NCBI GenBank assembly: GCA_051294375.1
Contig: CM119271.1
Location: forward strand, 11,437,180-11,501,179
Direction: 5' to 3'
From: Paraspadella gotoi
Taxonomy: Eukaryota; Animalia; Chaetognatha
DNA length: 64,000 bases
Shown here: in pieces, positions 50,966 to 63,987 of the stretch
How the letters are laid out: the number at the start of each line of letters is the position of its first letter
Numbering within the stretch: position 1 is the first letter of the stretch
Program-made: the position numbers and the translations under genes
The notes under the pieces: model-generated
Database searches by the model: none
Told to the model about the DNA's origin: nothing
The model's input: the letters and a program-made list of their open reading frames with translations, nothing else

Positions 50966-53900
50966 GTCTCTCTCTCTCTTCTTCCTCTCTCCCTCCCTCC
51001 GCTTTCACGTCTCCATATCGATGTGGCGAGTTTAAAAAAACCACTTCTCCCTTTTTGTTTCTCCACCGACATCACAAGAGGTTATCACCGACTTGAGCTC
51101 GTGAAAATTGTGAATTCAAATCGAATTTTATTCACGTGAAAATCCCCCAGGGATTTTCTATCTTTTCAGTTTTGTGTCCATTTCACTTCGCGGAAAAAAT
51201 GGACCCTCATTTTTTTTTTATCCCTACCGAATTTCTGTTACGCGCCGAACAATGATTGAAATTTTTATTTTTTATTTTTATTTTTTTGGAAATCGACTTT
51301 TTTACTCGTTTAAGAAAGTATATTATTACTTTAAATTTATTGATAGGGAAGCCAGGTTCTCGGGGAGTTAATGAACAAGACCGTGGAAGAGTCTTGCTTG
51401 AAAGCTTGCAAGAGACCGTTAAAATCAACATAAAAAATAAGAAAGCTTTCTTGCCCCTAATCTCGGACAATGGGTATCTTGTATCTTGTAAGAGGGATGA
51501 TCGAAAGAAAGATTGCTCTTTATACAAGCTCGATGTTTCAATATTCTCAGTATAGTAGTGCATTAAAACTAGGTTCTAAGAAAATAAGTTCCTATTTAGT
51601 TGTGAACTATGAATTTGAGTTGATATACAAATTGGTACGAACGGTTGAACCAACCTTGTCCCTTTTGTTTCCTATCCTCCTCCCAACAACAGGCGGCGCT
51701 GTTTATCTCCAACAAACAAAAGGCTATCGACTCGACGCCAGAATTCGTCTCTACGGATTCGAGCCGGAAGGAGGAAGAAGAGGAGGATTAAGAGGAGGAA
51801 GAGGAGAGGGGAAGGAAGAGAGGAAGAGGGAGAGGAAGAATCTCGTTATGTACGTCCACGATAATAACGGCGCGAGGTGAGAGACGGTGTGAAAGTTAGT
51901 ATTCCTATTCTCTTTGATAGTTGTAAATCTTTTTACTTAACCCCCGAAATTGTACAATTTTTTCTATATATAGTTTTTTTTTCCTATTTTTTAAAATTTT
52001 ATTTAGTGATTGTAAATCATTAAATCTCCTACTAGGATTTGTCTCTTACTTTCTCTACTATGAGTATTTTCCCTTTACTTTCTATAGAATATTGATTATA
52101 TTTCGAAAACATCACATTTTATTTTTAACCGCAGTCACGCATGCGAGTCGAACGGACCGAGATTTCGTCCATCTGCAAAATCGAGGGACCCCGGACGAAT
52201 AGGTAAAAAACACAGGAAATTTAAAAAGGTTGTATACATTACATGACAAAAACCGTTACAAAGCAGAGTACATTCCCCCGACTATTTCACCCTGATACTC
52301 TGGTTAAAACTCTGCAGAAAAAGCGTGTGACAGATAGCGCCCTAAACTTTGCTAAAAATGGCTAGATTTTTTTTTAGTATGCTAAATATTATGCCAAATT
52401 ATCTTTTAGCTAATTTAATGTAAAACTTTTACAAGAGTAAAGAGAAATGATTATTATTAGAGCCTATGAAAAATTATTTAGACTGATAAAAACAAAAAAA
52501 GACGAAAAAAATGACTCTTTGTGAATTGCTTAATGCTTAATGCTTAAGCGATGAGCCGTATAGCCAGTAAAGTCCTGTAAAAGGTGTTTTGCAGCTGTAA
52601 TTTTCAAACAGACCAACCGACCAACTGACGCCATAGTGTCTTGATTGCTTTAACATACTATTACTAGTATTACAGAACTACACAAGCATCTCAAGAGGAA
52701 AATCGGTATTATTATTGGCTTTATTGTATAAATGCTAGCAATCCGTTCCTGGTCTCAAATAATTGTAATGGGAATTAACATGATTGTTATCTAAGAAATA
52801 AATAATAAAATAAGCAAATAGCATATTTAATACAGATTTACATTGCCAGAGGAAGTGTTTTTCATACTCTGTCCAAAGCTGTAGATCGAAAAACCTTAAA
52901 TTTTTTTCACATTTTGAATATGCCAGATTGTATGCTATATGTCAGATCACTTTTTTACTGGCTTAACGGTCTGTAATTAGGCCAAATCTGGCACAAAGTA
53001 TGCTAAGTTTGAACCAGAACCCTGATAAGGGTTTCAAAGAAAGCAGTAACAGTTCAATTAATAAGCGATGAACTTTACCCCCTGAAAATTGTACGAAATG
53101 AAAAAAATTTACACATTTACCAAGCGCATTACATTTTTTCAAAAAGCATTTTTAATGAATATTTCATGACAAATAAAAGGTTTTTTTTTTAAAAAACGCG
53201 CAAAACATAGATAAATATGACTGTACACAAAAACTTGATTATTAAAATTATTTGAATTTTTGTAATTTTCGTGACTCACATTTTCTATCTACCATCCACA
53301 AATGATATCTTTTTATACACTGCAATATGCAAATTAGATTGATGACTTATATAGCAGTTTAGTGACGACAAATTTACTTTATTATCCAATCGTGTTTAGC
53401 TTTCTTTTTTAGTTTTTTTTTTTTAATGAAATATACAAATGAAAATATACATACAACGTTCTTTTGTTTTTTACACTTGGCCACCAGGCGGCCTGCCCGT
53501 CTCTCCCGACGGGTACTCCAACACTCGCTACCGCTTGACCTCTCTGTCTCTATTCGGCGCCGACTCGATCCTCGGCAAGTCGCTAGTCGTCGAGGCCGTC
53601 GGCAAAAACAACAACAACAACAACAACAACGCCGTCGCCTGTTGCGTCGTCATGGAAACGCGTGGCTTTTTCGGCGGACGTAAAAAGTTGACGGCGGCGG
53701 AGGCGGAGACGATGTTCGGCGGCGAGGTAGACGGTGGGCGTGGCCCGAAACGGCCGAATGATCGGAAGATTCCTCTTCCTGCGTTTCGACCGGAAAGGAA
53801 AAACCAAGAAAACTCTAGGTACTTGCCGAACGATTCGCCGGAACCGCAACAACATCGAAACGATCCGGCGAACGCTCGTTATCGGCCGAACGTCTTTCCG

Positions 53901-54263
53901 GCGGAACGCTCCGAGGGCCCTCCGACGGTCGGTTTTGAACACTCCTTCGAAGTGCCTCGTCCGGAAATAACGCCGGCGTCGTCCGACGCCGAGAAAACCA
54001 CGCCGAAGGAATCTCATCGGCGGATGAAAGGAAGGAAAGGAGGAAAGAAAAGAAGAAAAGGAAAATGGAGAAAGAAGAAAAGAAAGAAGGAGAGACGGAG
54101 GAAAGGAAAGAAAGGGGAGGAACGTCGAAGGATGCGCGCGCAAGCCAATTTCGGAGGGGTGAGGATGGAGAGCGAGACGACGGGCGGGAGGGAGAGGGGG
54201 TGGAAGAGGAAAAAGTACGAGAGCGTGTACGACGAGACTGTGGCCAAGTTTATCGGGTTTTAG
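50045..54263 (+). CDS. Extracellular Cu/Zn-SOD (SOD3)-like protein lacking most metal ligands; exons 50045-50244, 50785-50864, 51693-51876, 52135-52202, 53488-54263 (possible upstream exon 49863-49908; start not identified)
   Basis: All junctions are GT-AG and phase-consistent. DLHATCSI...GAVYLQQTKGYRLDARIRLYGFEP...MYVHD...HACESNGPRFRP...DPGRIGGL...LSLFGADSILGKSLVVEA...VACCVV aligns to SOD3 LHAAC..GVVLFRQ..KLDAFFALEGFP..IHVHQ..GCESTGPHYNP..HPGDFGNF..SL.GPHSIVGRAVVVHA..RLACCVV. Confidence 0.88.
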
Positions 54264-54918
54264 ATGGAAAGAGTGAGTCTCGGGTGACTGTTGACTGTCT
54301 GTCGGTCTCACAGTGGGATTTTAATTTAACTTGAGAATTTAATTTAATTTAAGATGTAATTATTTGCAGGAATAAGTTTGAATTGTTTGTGACAACGATT
54401 TGTTTTATTTCAGTTTAGAAACGTACATGTTTCGGCTTTGAATACAAGCCTTCAGATTACGCAATAAGATGTAATTATAAAACTAACTCGTATTTAAAAA
54501 TGTAACAAATTAAAAAAAAGTACGGATGAATCGTTGATTGTTGTACCCTTATTTCATCCATTGAACGATTCGTAGAAACTATAAAGGGAAGAGCGAATAA
54601 TACGTCACTTAGCTGTGACGAGAACTGGGAAAGAAAAAGAAGAAGAAAAAGAAAAAGAAAAAGAAAAAGAAAAAGAAAAAGAAAAAGAAAAAGAAAAAGA
54701 AGTGGCTCCGTCAAACGGAAATCGAATTAGGGCAGTGGCTGCGTCTTGTCACTCTTTGGTGAATCGTTTAATTTTGTTTTTTATTCATATTTGGAACAAT
54801 CTTTTTTAGGCGAATAAGAACATGATTATGAGAAATTATATATTATATTGATAAAAAATGATTAATTTCAAATAAAAGTACTATTCTAATAAAAATAGCA
54901 ACTCTAACGGAATTTCAA

Positions 54919-54956
<38 letters not shown>

Positions 54957-54967
54957 CTCTCTTCTCT

Positions 54968-55008
<41 letters not shown>

Positions 55009-55081
55009 GAAAATGACCCCACGCGGCGACGTTCACAAATCGCGTGATCCGTTATGTGAATCGAATTAATAAAGACGTTAA

Positions 55082-55178
<97 letters not shown>

Positions 55179-55556
55179 CACTCTCTCTCTCTTAGTCGCC
55201 GGTTCACGCTGTTAAGTCGAAAAAGTTGTACAAAAACGCGCGCAATATCCACTTTGTCGTCGTCGTCGTCTTCATCGTCGTCTTCCAAAAATCGTCTCGA
55301 ATGTGTCGCACGTGACTTCCTGCATTAAAGAATAAAGAAAAGAGACTAAAGTTCGAGATTTTTCCAACGACGATAGAGACAGAGACGAAATCTAAAAATA
55401 GCCGCGTCGACTCCGGTTCGTGATTTCCGGTGAAAGCGACGCCCAATTTTTTTCGTCTAAAGTGAATTTCGTGTTTTTGTGAAACTCAAATCGTGAGAAT
55501 TCGTGGATCCGATTGAGATAGAGAAGTTCTTCCTTTTTTAGTCACTTTGGTTTTTA

Positions 55557-55613
<57 letters not shown>

Positions 55614-55775
55614 CCTTCCTTCAGTCTTTCATCCCCTCCCTCACAAATCAGCCATTGTACGTACATCTTCCTCACGAACTTCGCCCGCGGCGTTCGTACG
55701 TCCGTCCGACTCATAACTCACCATTGGTCGAAAAATTTGCGTCGGATTTTATGCGTTCGCTTCGTTAGCGAGTCG

Positions 55776-55789
55776 GTTTCCATGGCGAC
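55776..55789. promoter_or_regulatory. RFX X-box-like motif in a CpG-rich, CCAAT-containing promoter-like patch
   Basis: GTTTCCATGGCGAC versus the X-box consensus GTTNCCATGGNAAC; CCAAT on the minus strand at ~55723-55727. Confidence 0.4.
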
Positions 55790-56401
55790 GCGGCGGTTAC
55801 ATTTCGTCTCTTACTGTTGAGTAAAAATTGATGATCCTTTGTAAGATTGTAGACTTATTTCTATTGACTGGCACGTTTAAGGTTGTTATAGTTTGTTTAA
55901 GGTTAGAAGAGCGATTATATATAATATATGAATACATAAATATATATAATATATATTTATATATGTGGGATTCCAATATTATATATATATTATAATATAT
56001 ATTTATATATTATATATTATATGAATTTTCTCTTTTCATGTCATATTATATTTTTCGATACTGATGGGATAAAGTTCTTTAATAGGTTACAAACAAACTT
56101 TTTACATCGGTGACTCGTATAAGCATAAAAACTTCGATCTAAATTGATTAAATCTTAAGTGATAATCTTTAGATTTCCCCTGCCTCATAAAATTTCATAC
56201 AAAGTTCTCACCCGGTCCGGTTTCTCATTGTTTAATGACTAAAAGTGAAACATATCAATTGAATGACTAAATAACAATTAGTTAATTGGACAATTATTTA
56301 AGCGCTTGGTAAGAGCGCGAGATAAATTAAGTCATGGTCCAGATTCTTGCGAATTTTGGGACGATGGTCCAATAAATAATAACTGAAAGTAACCGGAAAA
56401 T

Positions 56402-57202
56402 AAGAATCAAAGTTAAGACATGAGACCGTCCATGATAACCATTCACTATAAACCAATTTCTTTTATGGATAATGTATGTTTAATAGTATGATATGGTAAA
56501 TATATTGTTTTGAAAAGAAAAGGTTTTTAGTTGTTTAAGACAAATCTATCAGGAAACTAAGAACAAGGTTTAATTACAATTAAACCAAATACTGCAATAT
56601 GCAAATGATATTATTATATCTTTCATTATTCAATTGGGTCTTATGTCCTCGTTTAATGAGCATTTTCATATTTCTCGTGACTTTTTTATATTCATATTTC
56701 ATATAACTTTTTTTTCTAGTAATAATGAAATAGATTTTAAAATAAGTCATTACTTTGGGTCTTACGCACTGAGCGAATAAATTGTATCTCTCGAACGCTA
56801 TTCAATCATAGATTACAAAAATTACATTGACCAAGAGTGTTTTGTTTTGTTTTTTTAATTTGTTTCCTTTTTCAACGAAATTCACGATTCCAGCTGCTTT
56901 TTCCTCCATCGCGGCGTCGCCGCGCCGTGGGCAAAAACGGCGCGGTGGGAGATGAAAACCCGGTGTCCGTTTGTCCGTTTGAACTAATTTTAATATCCAA
57001 CTAAATTAATTTCTGTAATTAAAAAAAGGCAGCAAATACGTACTACTAGTATTATAATTTTAAAATAATTAAGGACAATTTAAACTACTTTAAACTACGT
57101 TAAGGTATTCTTGTACAGATTGTTTTGTACGGCTTCCATTTAGTCTTCTCCTTGGTTCCGGTTCCATGTGATTAGCTTTAATCTCGACTCTGTCGATGGA
57201 AT

Positions 57203-57245
<43 letters not shown>

Positions 57246-57344
57246 TAATTGATTGTCGCGCTCAGTCCCATCACTTGTCTCTATCTTTGACGGGCAGGAG
57301 ATTGACGCCAACGGAAACCCGAGTTGCAAATGGAAGAATTTGGG

Positions 57345-57401
<57 letters not shown>

Positions 57402-58012
57402 TGTAGCAAATATTTGGATCGTCAAAACTTAAAAATAAACAAAGAGAAAATGAACAAGACAAACATACATAAACAAAAGAATAAACAGGATATCATCAAC
57501 ATAAATATGAGAGCATTAATGTAAACAAAAGATCATCCACATAAAAAGGAAAGCTTCCACATAAACATGAGCACATTAATGTAAACAAAAGAGCATCCAC
57601 ATAAACATGAGAGCGTCCCCAAAAACTGAAGATCATCCATATAAACAGAGGATCATCCACATAAAAGGTATGACAAAATATTTCCATGTATGAAAGGATA
57701 TATTAGCCAATTACTTAATGACTCTCTGAGTTAGAGAGCAGAATAAATTAAATTATGAGACAGTAGTCCTTTTATACAAAGGTTCAAGGGGAAGCGGAAA
57801 ATTAGAATCAAAGTTAAAACATGAGACCGACAATGATACTGATTCACTATAAACCAATTTCTTTTATGGATAATGTATTTTTTATAGCATGAGATGATAA
57901 ATAGATTTTTTTATAAAAAAAACCGATAGATGTGTAAGACATATCTATTAGGAAACTAAGGACACGATTTAATTACTATTAAACCAAATACTGCAATATG
58001 CAAATGATATTA
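56402..58012 (+). repeat. Dispersed ~210-bp direct repeat pair (56402-56612 and 57803-58012)
   Basis: AGAATCAAAGTTAA.ACATGAGACCG...ATTCACTATAAACCAATTTCTTTTATGGATAATGTAT...AAACCAAATACTGCAATATGCAAATGATATT is shared by both copies. Confidence 0.85.
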
Positions 58013-58029
58013 ATTTAATTGTATCACTT

Positions 58030-58378
58030 CAGCATCTCCAAAAACAGAAGATAATCCACAAAAACAGAAGATAATCCACAAAAACAAAACAGCATCTAAA
58101 AAACAGAATATAATCCACAAAAACAGAATATCATCCACAAAAACAGAAGATAATCCATAAAAACAGAAGATAATCCACAAAAACAGAAGATAATCCACAA
58201 AAACAGAAGAGCATCCGCGTAAACAGAAGATCATCCACAAAAGCAAAAGAGTATCCACACAAACAGAAGATCATCCACGTAAACAGAAGATCATCCACAA
58301 AAACAGAAGATCATCCACAAAAACAGAAGATCATCCACAAAAACAGAAGATCATCAACAAAAACAGAGGAGCATCCAC
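58030..58378. repeat. 19-bp minisatellite (AAAACAGAAGATCATCCAC); a related degenerate block lies at 57480-57665
   Basis: About 18 tandem units. Confidence 0.92.
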
Positions 58379-58468
58379 CCATTCTCCACCTCCTCATCCT
58401 CCTCCTCATCCTCCTCCTCTTCTTCCACTCGCGAATACAATTTTGTCCAACGACCATCGAAGTGAACG

Positions 58469-58543
<75 letters not shown>

Positions 58544-58963
58544 ATTTCTCATTACTTTTTGACCAAATCTTTGGGGAAGGAAAAGGTGGAACCGGGCGAC
58601 TAAAAAAAAAGGTGGGCAGTGGGAGGGGGTGAGTGGTGGAGGGAAAGGGGGGGCGTGTCCTTTTCAGCGAGGAACAAAGAGACGAACGACGCCTCTCGAG
58701 ACGTCGTAGGTGGCGCTGATTACTTGGACAACGTCCATCGCGAAGATGAATAATGTAGTTTCATCTTTTCGCGAGGTCGGCAGGGGTCGGCGAGGTTTTT
58801 CCACTCTTTCTCTCTGTCTCTGTATCTTCGTGTCTCTCTGTCTCTCTGTGTCTCGGTCTTTGATTTTTCCTGTTTTTCCTCAATCTCTCTATCTCTTACT
58901 CTTCTTTCGATTTAAGTTGCTTTCTTTCTTTCTTTCTTTTTTTCTCTTTCTTTCTTTCCTTCA

Positions 58964-59003
<40 letters not shown>

Positions 59004-59493
59004 ATCTTTCTGTCGGTGGAGAGGTCGTTGTCATCAGCCATTGAAGACTCCTGTCACGTGACCACTCGCGAACTCGAGTCCAACGATGATAGATTGAGAA
59101 AAAAAAAGAACAACAGTTCATGTTGGCTCATGTGTAGTTTTTTGTGGAGATAAAAATAGATAGAAAATAACAATTCGTTTTTAGTAGTACTATAAAAAAG
59201 TATGACATAATACCGCATAGTATACGTTACCGCATCTTAGTATTCAAAGTATCACCATTCAAACGAATCTCGTTCACCGAATGAAACAAAGAAATAAAAA
59301 AAATTGTCTCTCTTCGTCTGAAAAAAAAACTACAAAACCCCGGATGTAAATGAACGCCCCCCGTCTACATCCCACCCCCCCCCGTACCCCCCCTCTCTCT
59401 TCAACCCCGTCTCCTGTTTCATAAATTTTTAATTTTTAAGAAATTAAATTCTTGTGGGAAAAAGAAGAGTGAGACAGAGACGCTAAGAGAGGA

Positions 59494-59544
<51 letters not shown>

Positions 59545-61350
59545 AGAAGAGAGAGAGAGAAGAGTGAGACGAAAATAAATGAAGCCTCTTACTTAAAACC
59601 GCCGCCGAATGTCTAATTAGGTGGAGAGCGGGAGAGAGAGAGAGTCGCATATTTATAAGGCAAAAAGTTATGGACTGAAGCTCTTGTAATTTCTCTCACT
59701 TGAAAGGAAAAAATTGGAACAAAGGATCTGGGAGGAATGACTACGTACGATGATGCGTCCCTGGAATTCGTTATTATTAAAATCAAAATATTTATAAAAT
59801 AATTATTTAAAGAAATCTTTTAAACCATTGTCGAGATTATAAGTAAAAGAAAATAAAAAATATTGGTNNNNNNNNNNTATTATTTACTAACATCGTAAAT
59901 GAAAATTATCGATGATAATACAATAAAACAAATCGAAATTGAAAAAAATTCTCCTTTCACCGATGCATCGACGCAGAAAAATCGGCGTCGAAAAAAAAAG
60001 TCATTTATTATCTTCGGAATCTCGCGACGTCACGGATCGCGGCGATTGGAGTTTCGCCGCCGCGGCCGCNNNNNNNNNNNNNNNNNNNNNNNNNNNNNNN
60101 NNNNNNNNNNNNNNNNNNNNNNNNNNNNNNNNNNNNNNNNNNNNNNNNNNNNNNNNNNNNNNNNNNNNNNNNNNNNNNNNNNNNNNNNNNNNNNNNNNNN
60201 NNNNNNNNNNNNNNNNNNNNNNNNNNNNNNNNNNNNNNNNNNNNNNNNNNNNNNNNNNNNNNNNNNNNNNNNNNNNNNNNNNNNNNNNNNNNNNNNNNNN
60301 NNNNNNNNNNNNNNNNNNNNNNNNNNNNNNNNNNNNNNNNNNNNNNNNNNNNNNNNNNNNNNNNNNNNNNNNNNNNNNNNNNNNNNNNNNNNNNNNNNNN
60401 NNNNNNNNNNNNNNNNNNNNNNNNNNNNNNNNNNNNNNNNNNNNNNNNNNNNNNNNNNNNNNNNNNNNNNNNNNNNNNNNNNNNNNNNNNNNNNNNNNNN
60501 NNNNNNNNNNNNNNNNNNNNNNNNNNNNNNNNNNNNNNNNNNNNNNNNNNNNNNNNNNNNNNNNNNNNNNNNNNNNNNNNNNNNNNNNNNNNNNNNNNNN
60601 NNNNNNNNNNNNNNNNNNNNNNNNNNNNNNNNNNNNNNNNNNNNNNNNNNNNNNNNNNNNNNNNNNNNNNNNNNNNNNNNNNNNNNNNNNNNNNNNNNNN
60701 NNNNNNNNNNNNNNNNNNNNNNNNNNNNNNNNNNNNNNNNNNNNNNNNNNNNNNNNNNNNNNNNNNNNNNNNNNNNNNNNNNNNNNNNNNNNNNCGCAGC
60801 CGCCGCCGACGGTGGCGCCGCGGCCGAAGCCGCCGCTCGTTCGGTTTTTTTTAAACCGCGCCCGCAAACAATCGAAAAGAGTAAAAAAGAAGGGGGAGGG
60901 AGGAATAGAGGGGAGAAGGGGAAGGAGAGGGGTAGAGATAATGGAGAAAAGGGCGAGAAGCAAGGGGAGGAGCAGGGAAAGTGAAGGGAGGAGTGGCCAG
61001 AGAGGGAAGGAAAAGGGGAGGAGAGGTGCGGGCGAAGGGGGAGAAGGAGAGAGCGGAGAGAAGCGGAGGAGAGGAAGAGGAAGGGAGGAAAGGGGAGTAG
61101 AGGGGAGGGTGTGAGTTTCCTTCTAAAGAAATCAGGCCGCTCGCAACATAATTGGAGGAAAAACTATCCTCTCTCTTGGGTTGGGAGGAGGAGGAGGAGG
61201 AAGAAGAGGAGGAGGCAATTCGGAGGCGCCGTTAACGGCTTTCTCTTCCTCTCTCTCTCTTTCTCGTCAATATAGAAATAAACATATTTTTCCACGCGAG
61301 ATAGAGAGAGAGAGAGAGAGAGACAGGTTTCCCAGAAATCGTTTCACAAC

Positions 61351-61391
61351 GTCACGTGACTCTCGTGAGTTTCGCGCTTCGATCACGTGAC
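61351..61391. promoter_or_regulatory. Paired E-box/CLEAR-type motifs
   Basis: GTCACGTGAC at 61351 and ATCACGTGAC at 61382, in a CpG-rich patch upstream of the 61989 exon; another GTCACGTGAC at ~59053. Confidence 0.4.
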
Positions 61392-61988
61392 AAACGCGAA
61401 TCTGTTTCGTGACGGAAAAGGAAAAAGTGAGACGAAAGGAAATATTCCAAAGTGAATCGACGCTGGTGAACGACGCCGAAAAACTACGCGAGGTTCACAA
61501 TCGATTTTCACGATTTCTGACTTTGGCAAACACGGAATCGTTTTAAGATTCCGAGTCAAAATATTTCCATTGAGTTTTTGCGACGTCGAAGAGTCCGTTT
61601 CTGCCCACATTTCATTTGCTCATTCGCAGCGTCCATCTGCGCCTAAATAAAACTGAGACGACGTTTGCACTGACGGTTCCATTGTTTCGAAAATTGTCCG
61701 CTCGTTGACAGCTACAGTGCAAAACTCCAAAACTGACTCTAATTTTTTTTTCCGTCTTCTGTGACAATTAGCGGGCTATTTTCTCAATTTCACCTTGCGG
61801 CTCCACGCAATCTATCTCGTTAAATAAATTAAAAATACATTTTCCGTGAAAAAAAAATGATCCGTCGAGTTTAAGAATAACCCAAACTGTTGGTACAAGT
61901 CACATCAGCGATTATCAATTCAATTCAATTCAATTCAATTCAATTCAATTACGACAGATTGTTCCCGTCTCATTCTCTTTCGCCATAG

Positions 61989-63987
61989 CGCAAAACTTTC
62001 TTCGAGATTCCAATCAAGTTTCTTCGCCCGAAAACGATTTCGCCGAAGAATTGACGAACGAAAAAAGTAAACAACTGAAAGGTAAACAAATGAATGGTAA
62101 AAAAATGAATGTTAAACAAATGAATGGTAAACAAATGAATGATAAACAAATGATCGAAGGAAAACGTGAATCGGCTGAACTAAAATTGACCGAATCAAAC
62201 AATGAATCTAAAAATAAAGTCAAGTCCAAAACGACGCGTAAACAAACTGACAAATCCATAGAAAAAAAGATTTCTGAATCTGCCAATGAATCTGACGATG
62301 AATTAACGAACCAAAAACAATGCGATGAATCTACGCACAAATCCTCGTCAAAATCGACGGACGCTTTCTTCAAATCGCCAAAACTTCTCTCGACGCCCTT
62401 CGATCCTCCAACGGCTACGACTCTTCTCCCGCCTCGCTTCATCTTCTCGACATTCTCGTCCGCGCCTTCCCGCCTTCCGGCAAATCTCTCGGCGAAAGCT
62501 CTCTCCGGCGCCGGGTTCCATCCTTTCGGCCGGGAAACCCTCGCCGATTCTCCTGGACTCCTCCTGCTTCTTTTTCCTCTTCCTCATTCTCCTCTTCCTC
62601 TAACTGCAATCACCTCGACCATTGATGACGTCTTCATCAACCATCTGACGCCGCAATCTGATCACAAACACATTCCGCCCCCGCACTTTAACATTGACTG
62701 GTCAAGGAGAACCTGGACGAGCCACTCCAACGACCCCGAGCCTTCAATCGGTCCGTCACGCAGCATCGTTCGGCTGCAGGACGCCGCAGCGGCATTCGAT
62801 TTCTGTCCGGGAACGACCATGGTCTCTAAGGGACAGAGTTTGACCTTTCCTTTCTCTTTTCCTTTCTTCCTTCCTTCTTCCTTTCCTTTCTCCTTCTCTT
62901 TCCTCAAATCTCGTATCTTTAATTTCTTCTCCGCTCAACTTTCTCCTTTTGTCGGAAACGAATCGGCAAACGCCGAGATTCCATCCGGCGCCGATTCTAC
63001 GCCTTCGACTCGGTCACCGGCGCCGTTTTCTACTCCCACGTCGATGCCGTCGAGTCGGCGTCGTAACGACGCCGCTAGGCGAAGACCAGCGTCGTCGAGA
63101 TCATTTCCGGTCCCGAGAAGATCGACTCTGCCGGATTTGATTCCGGCGGCGGAAATCGGAGCGAGAAGGTGAGTTTTTTNNNNNNNNNNNNNNNNNNNNN
63201 NNNNNNNNNNNNNNNNNNNNNNNNNNNNNNNNNNNNNNNNNNNNNNNNNNNNNNNNNNNNNNNNNNNNNNNNNNNNNNNNNNNNNNNNNNNNNNNNNNNN
63301 NNNNNNNNNNNNNNNNNNNNNNNNTGTTGTTATTTTTGTTTTTTTATCTCAATCTTTTCTTTTCTTGACAGTTTTCGGTTTGTTACTCTTCCCCCTTTTA
63401 TTATATTTTTCTTTAAGTAGAGATTTCTCTATGAAATTGTTATAACCAATTCGTTTAATGATTCAGCAATATTGACCCCTGACTTCGGTCAAGCTCTTGN
63501 NNNNNNNNNNNNNNNNNNNNNNNNNNNNNNNNNNNNNNNNNNNNNNNNNNNNNNNNNNNNNNNNNNNNNNNNNNNNNNNNNNNNNNNNNNNNNNNNNNNN
63601 NNNNNNNNNNNNNNNNNNNNNNNNNNNNNNNNNNNNNNNNNNNNNNNNNNNNNNNNNNNNNNNNNNNNNNNNNNNNNNNNNNNNNNNNNNNNNNNNNNNN
63701 NNNNNNNNNNNNNNNNNNNNNNNNNNNNNNNNNNNNNNNNNNNNNNNNNNNNNNNNNNNNNNNNNNNNACGATCCATTCTCCCCTCATCTTCCCTTCCCC
63801 CTCCGCCCCCCAAAATGTAAACCCACTTCCCGGAATCTCGTTTTATTCTCTCGCTAAGACGTCGGATTTTGTTTTTGTTTTCTCCCGTTTCCATAGCGAC
63901 GACGCGACGAATTCGCCCTACATTCGCGAGATCGCCGCGCGTCTCTTGGTCATCGCCGACGAAATGGACGCCGTCCTCGTTGCCAAG
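61989..63987 (+). CDS. BH3-motif (Bcl-2 family) protein, partial; exons 61989-63168 and 63897-63987, continuing beyond the window
   Basis: Acceptor CGCCATAG, then a long low-complexity ORF, then an AG|GTGAGT donor (phase 2). This is compatible with CCATAG|C GAC GAC..., which encodes SPYIREIAARLLVIADEMDAVLVAK, an I-A-x-x-L-x-x-I-A-D-E-M BH3 helix. Confidence 0.65.

Noticed and set aside
54475-54714. Signal-peptide-like FLFLFL ORF
   Set aside because: A translation of a (GAAAAA)n microsatellite.
58030-58378. Regular short repeats resembling a CRISPR array (also 36.5 kb and 22.2 kb)
   Set aside because: The units are contiguous tandem minisatellites with no unique spacers, the context is eukaryotic, and there are no cas genes.
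62815-62845. LC8/dynein light chain motif (Bim/Bmf-like) in the BH3 protein
   Set aside because: VSKGQS lacks the required TQT anchor. A nearby RITQT (~61875) could not be tied to a clear exon.
63887-63900. X-box-like GTTTCCATAGCGAC
   Set aside because: It overlaps the splice acceptor of the BH3 exon, which explains the sequence more simply.
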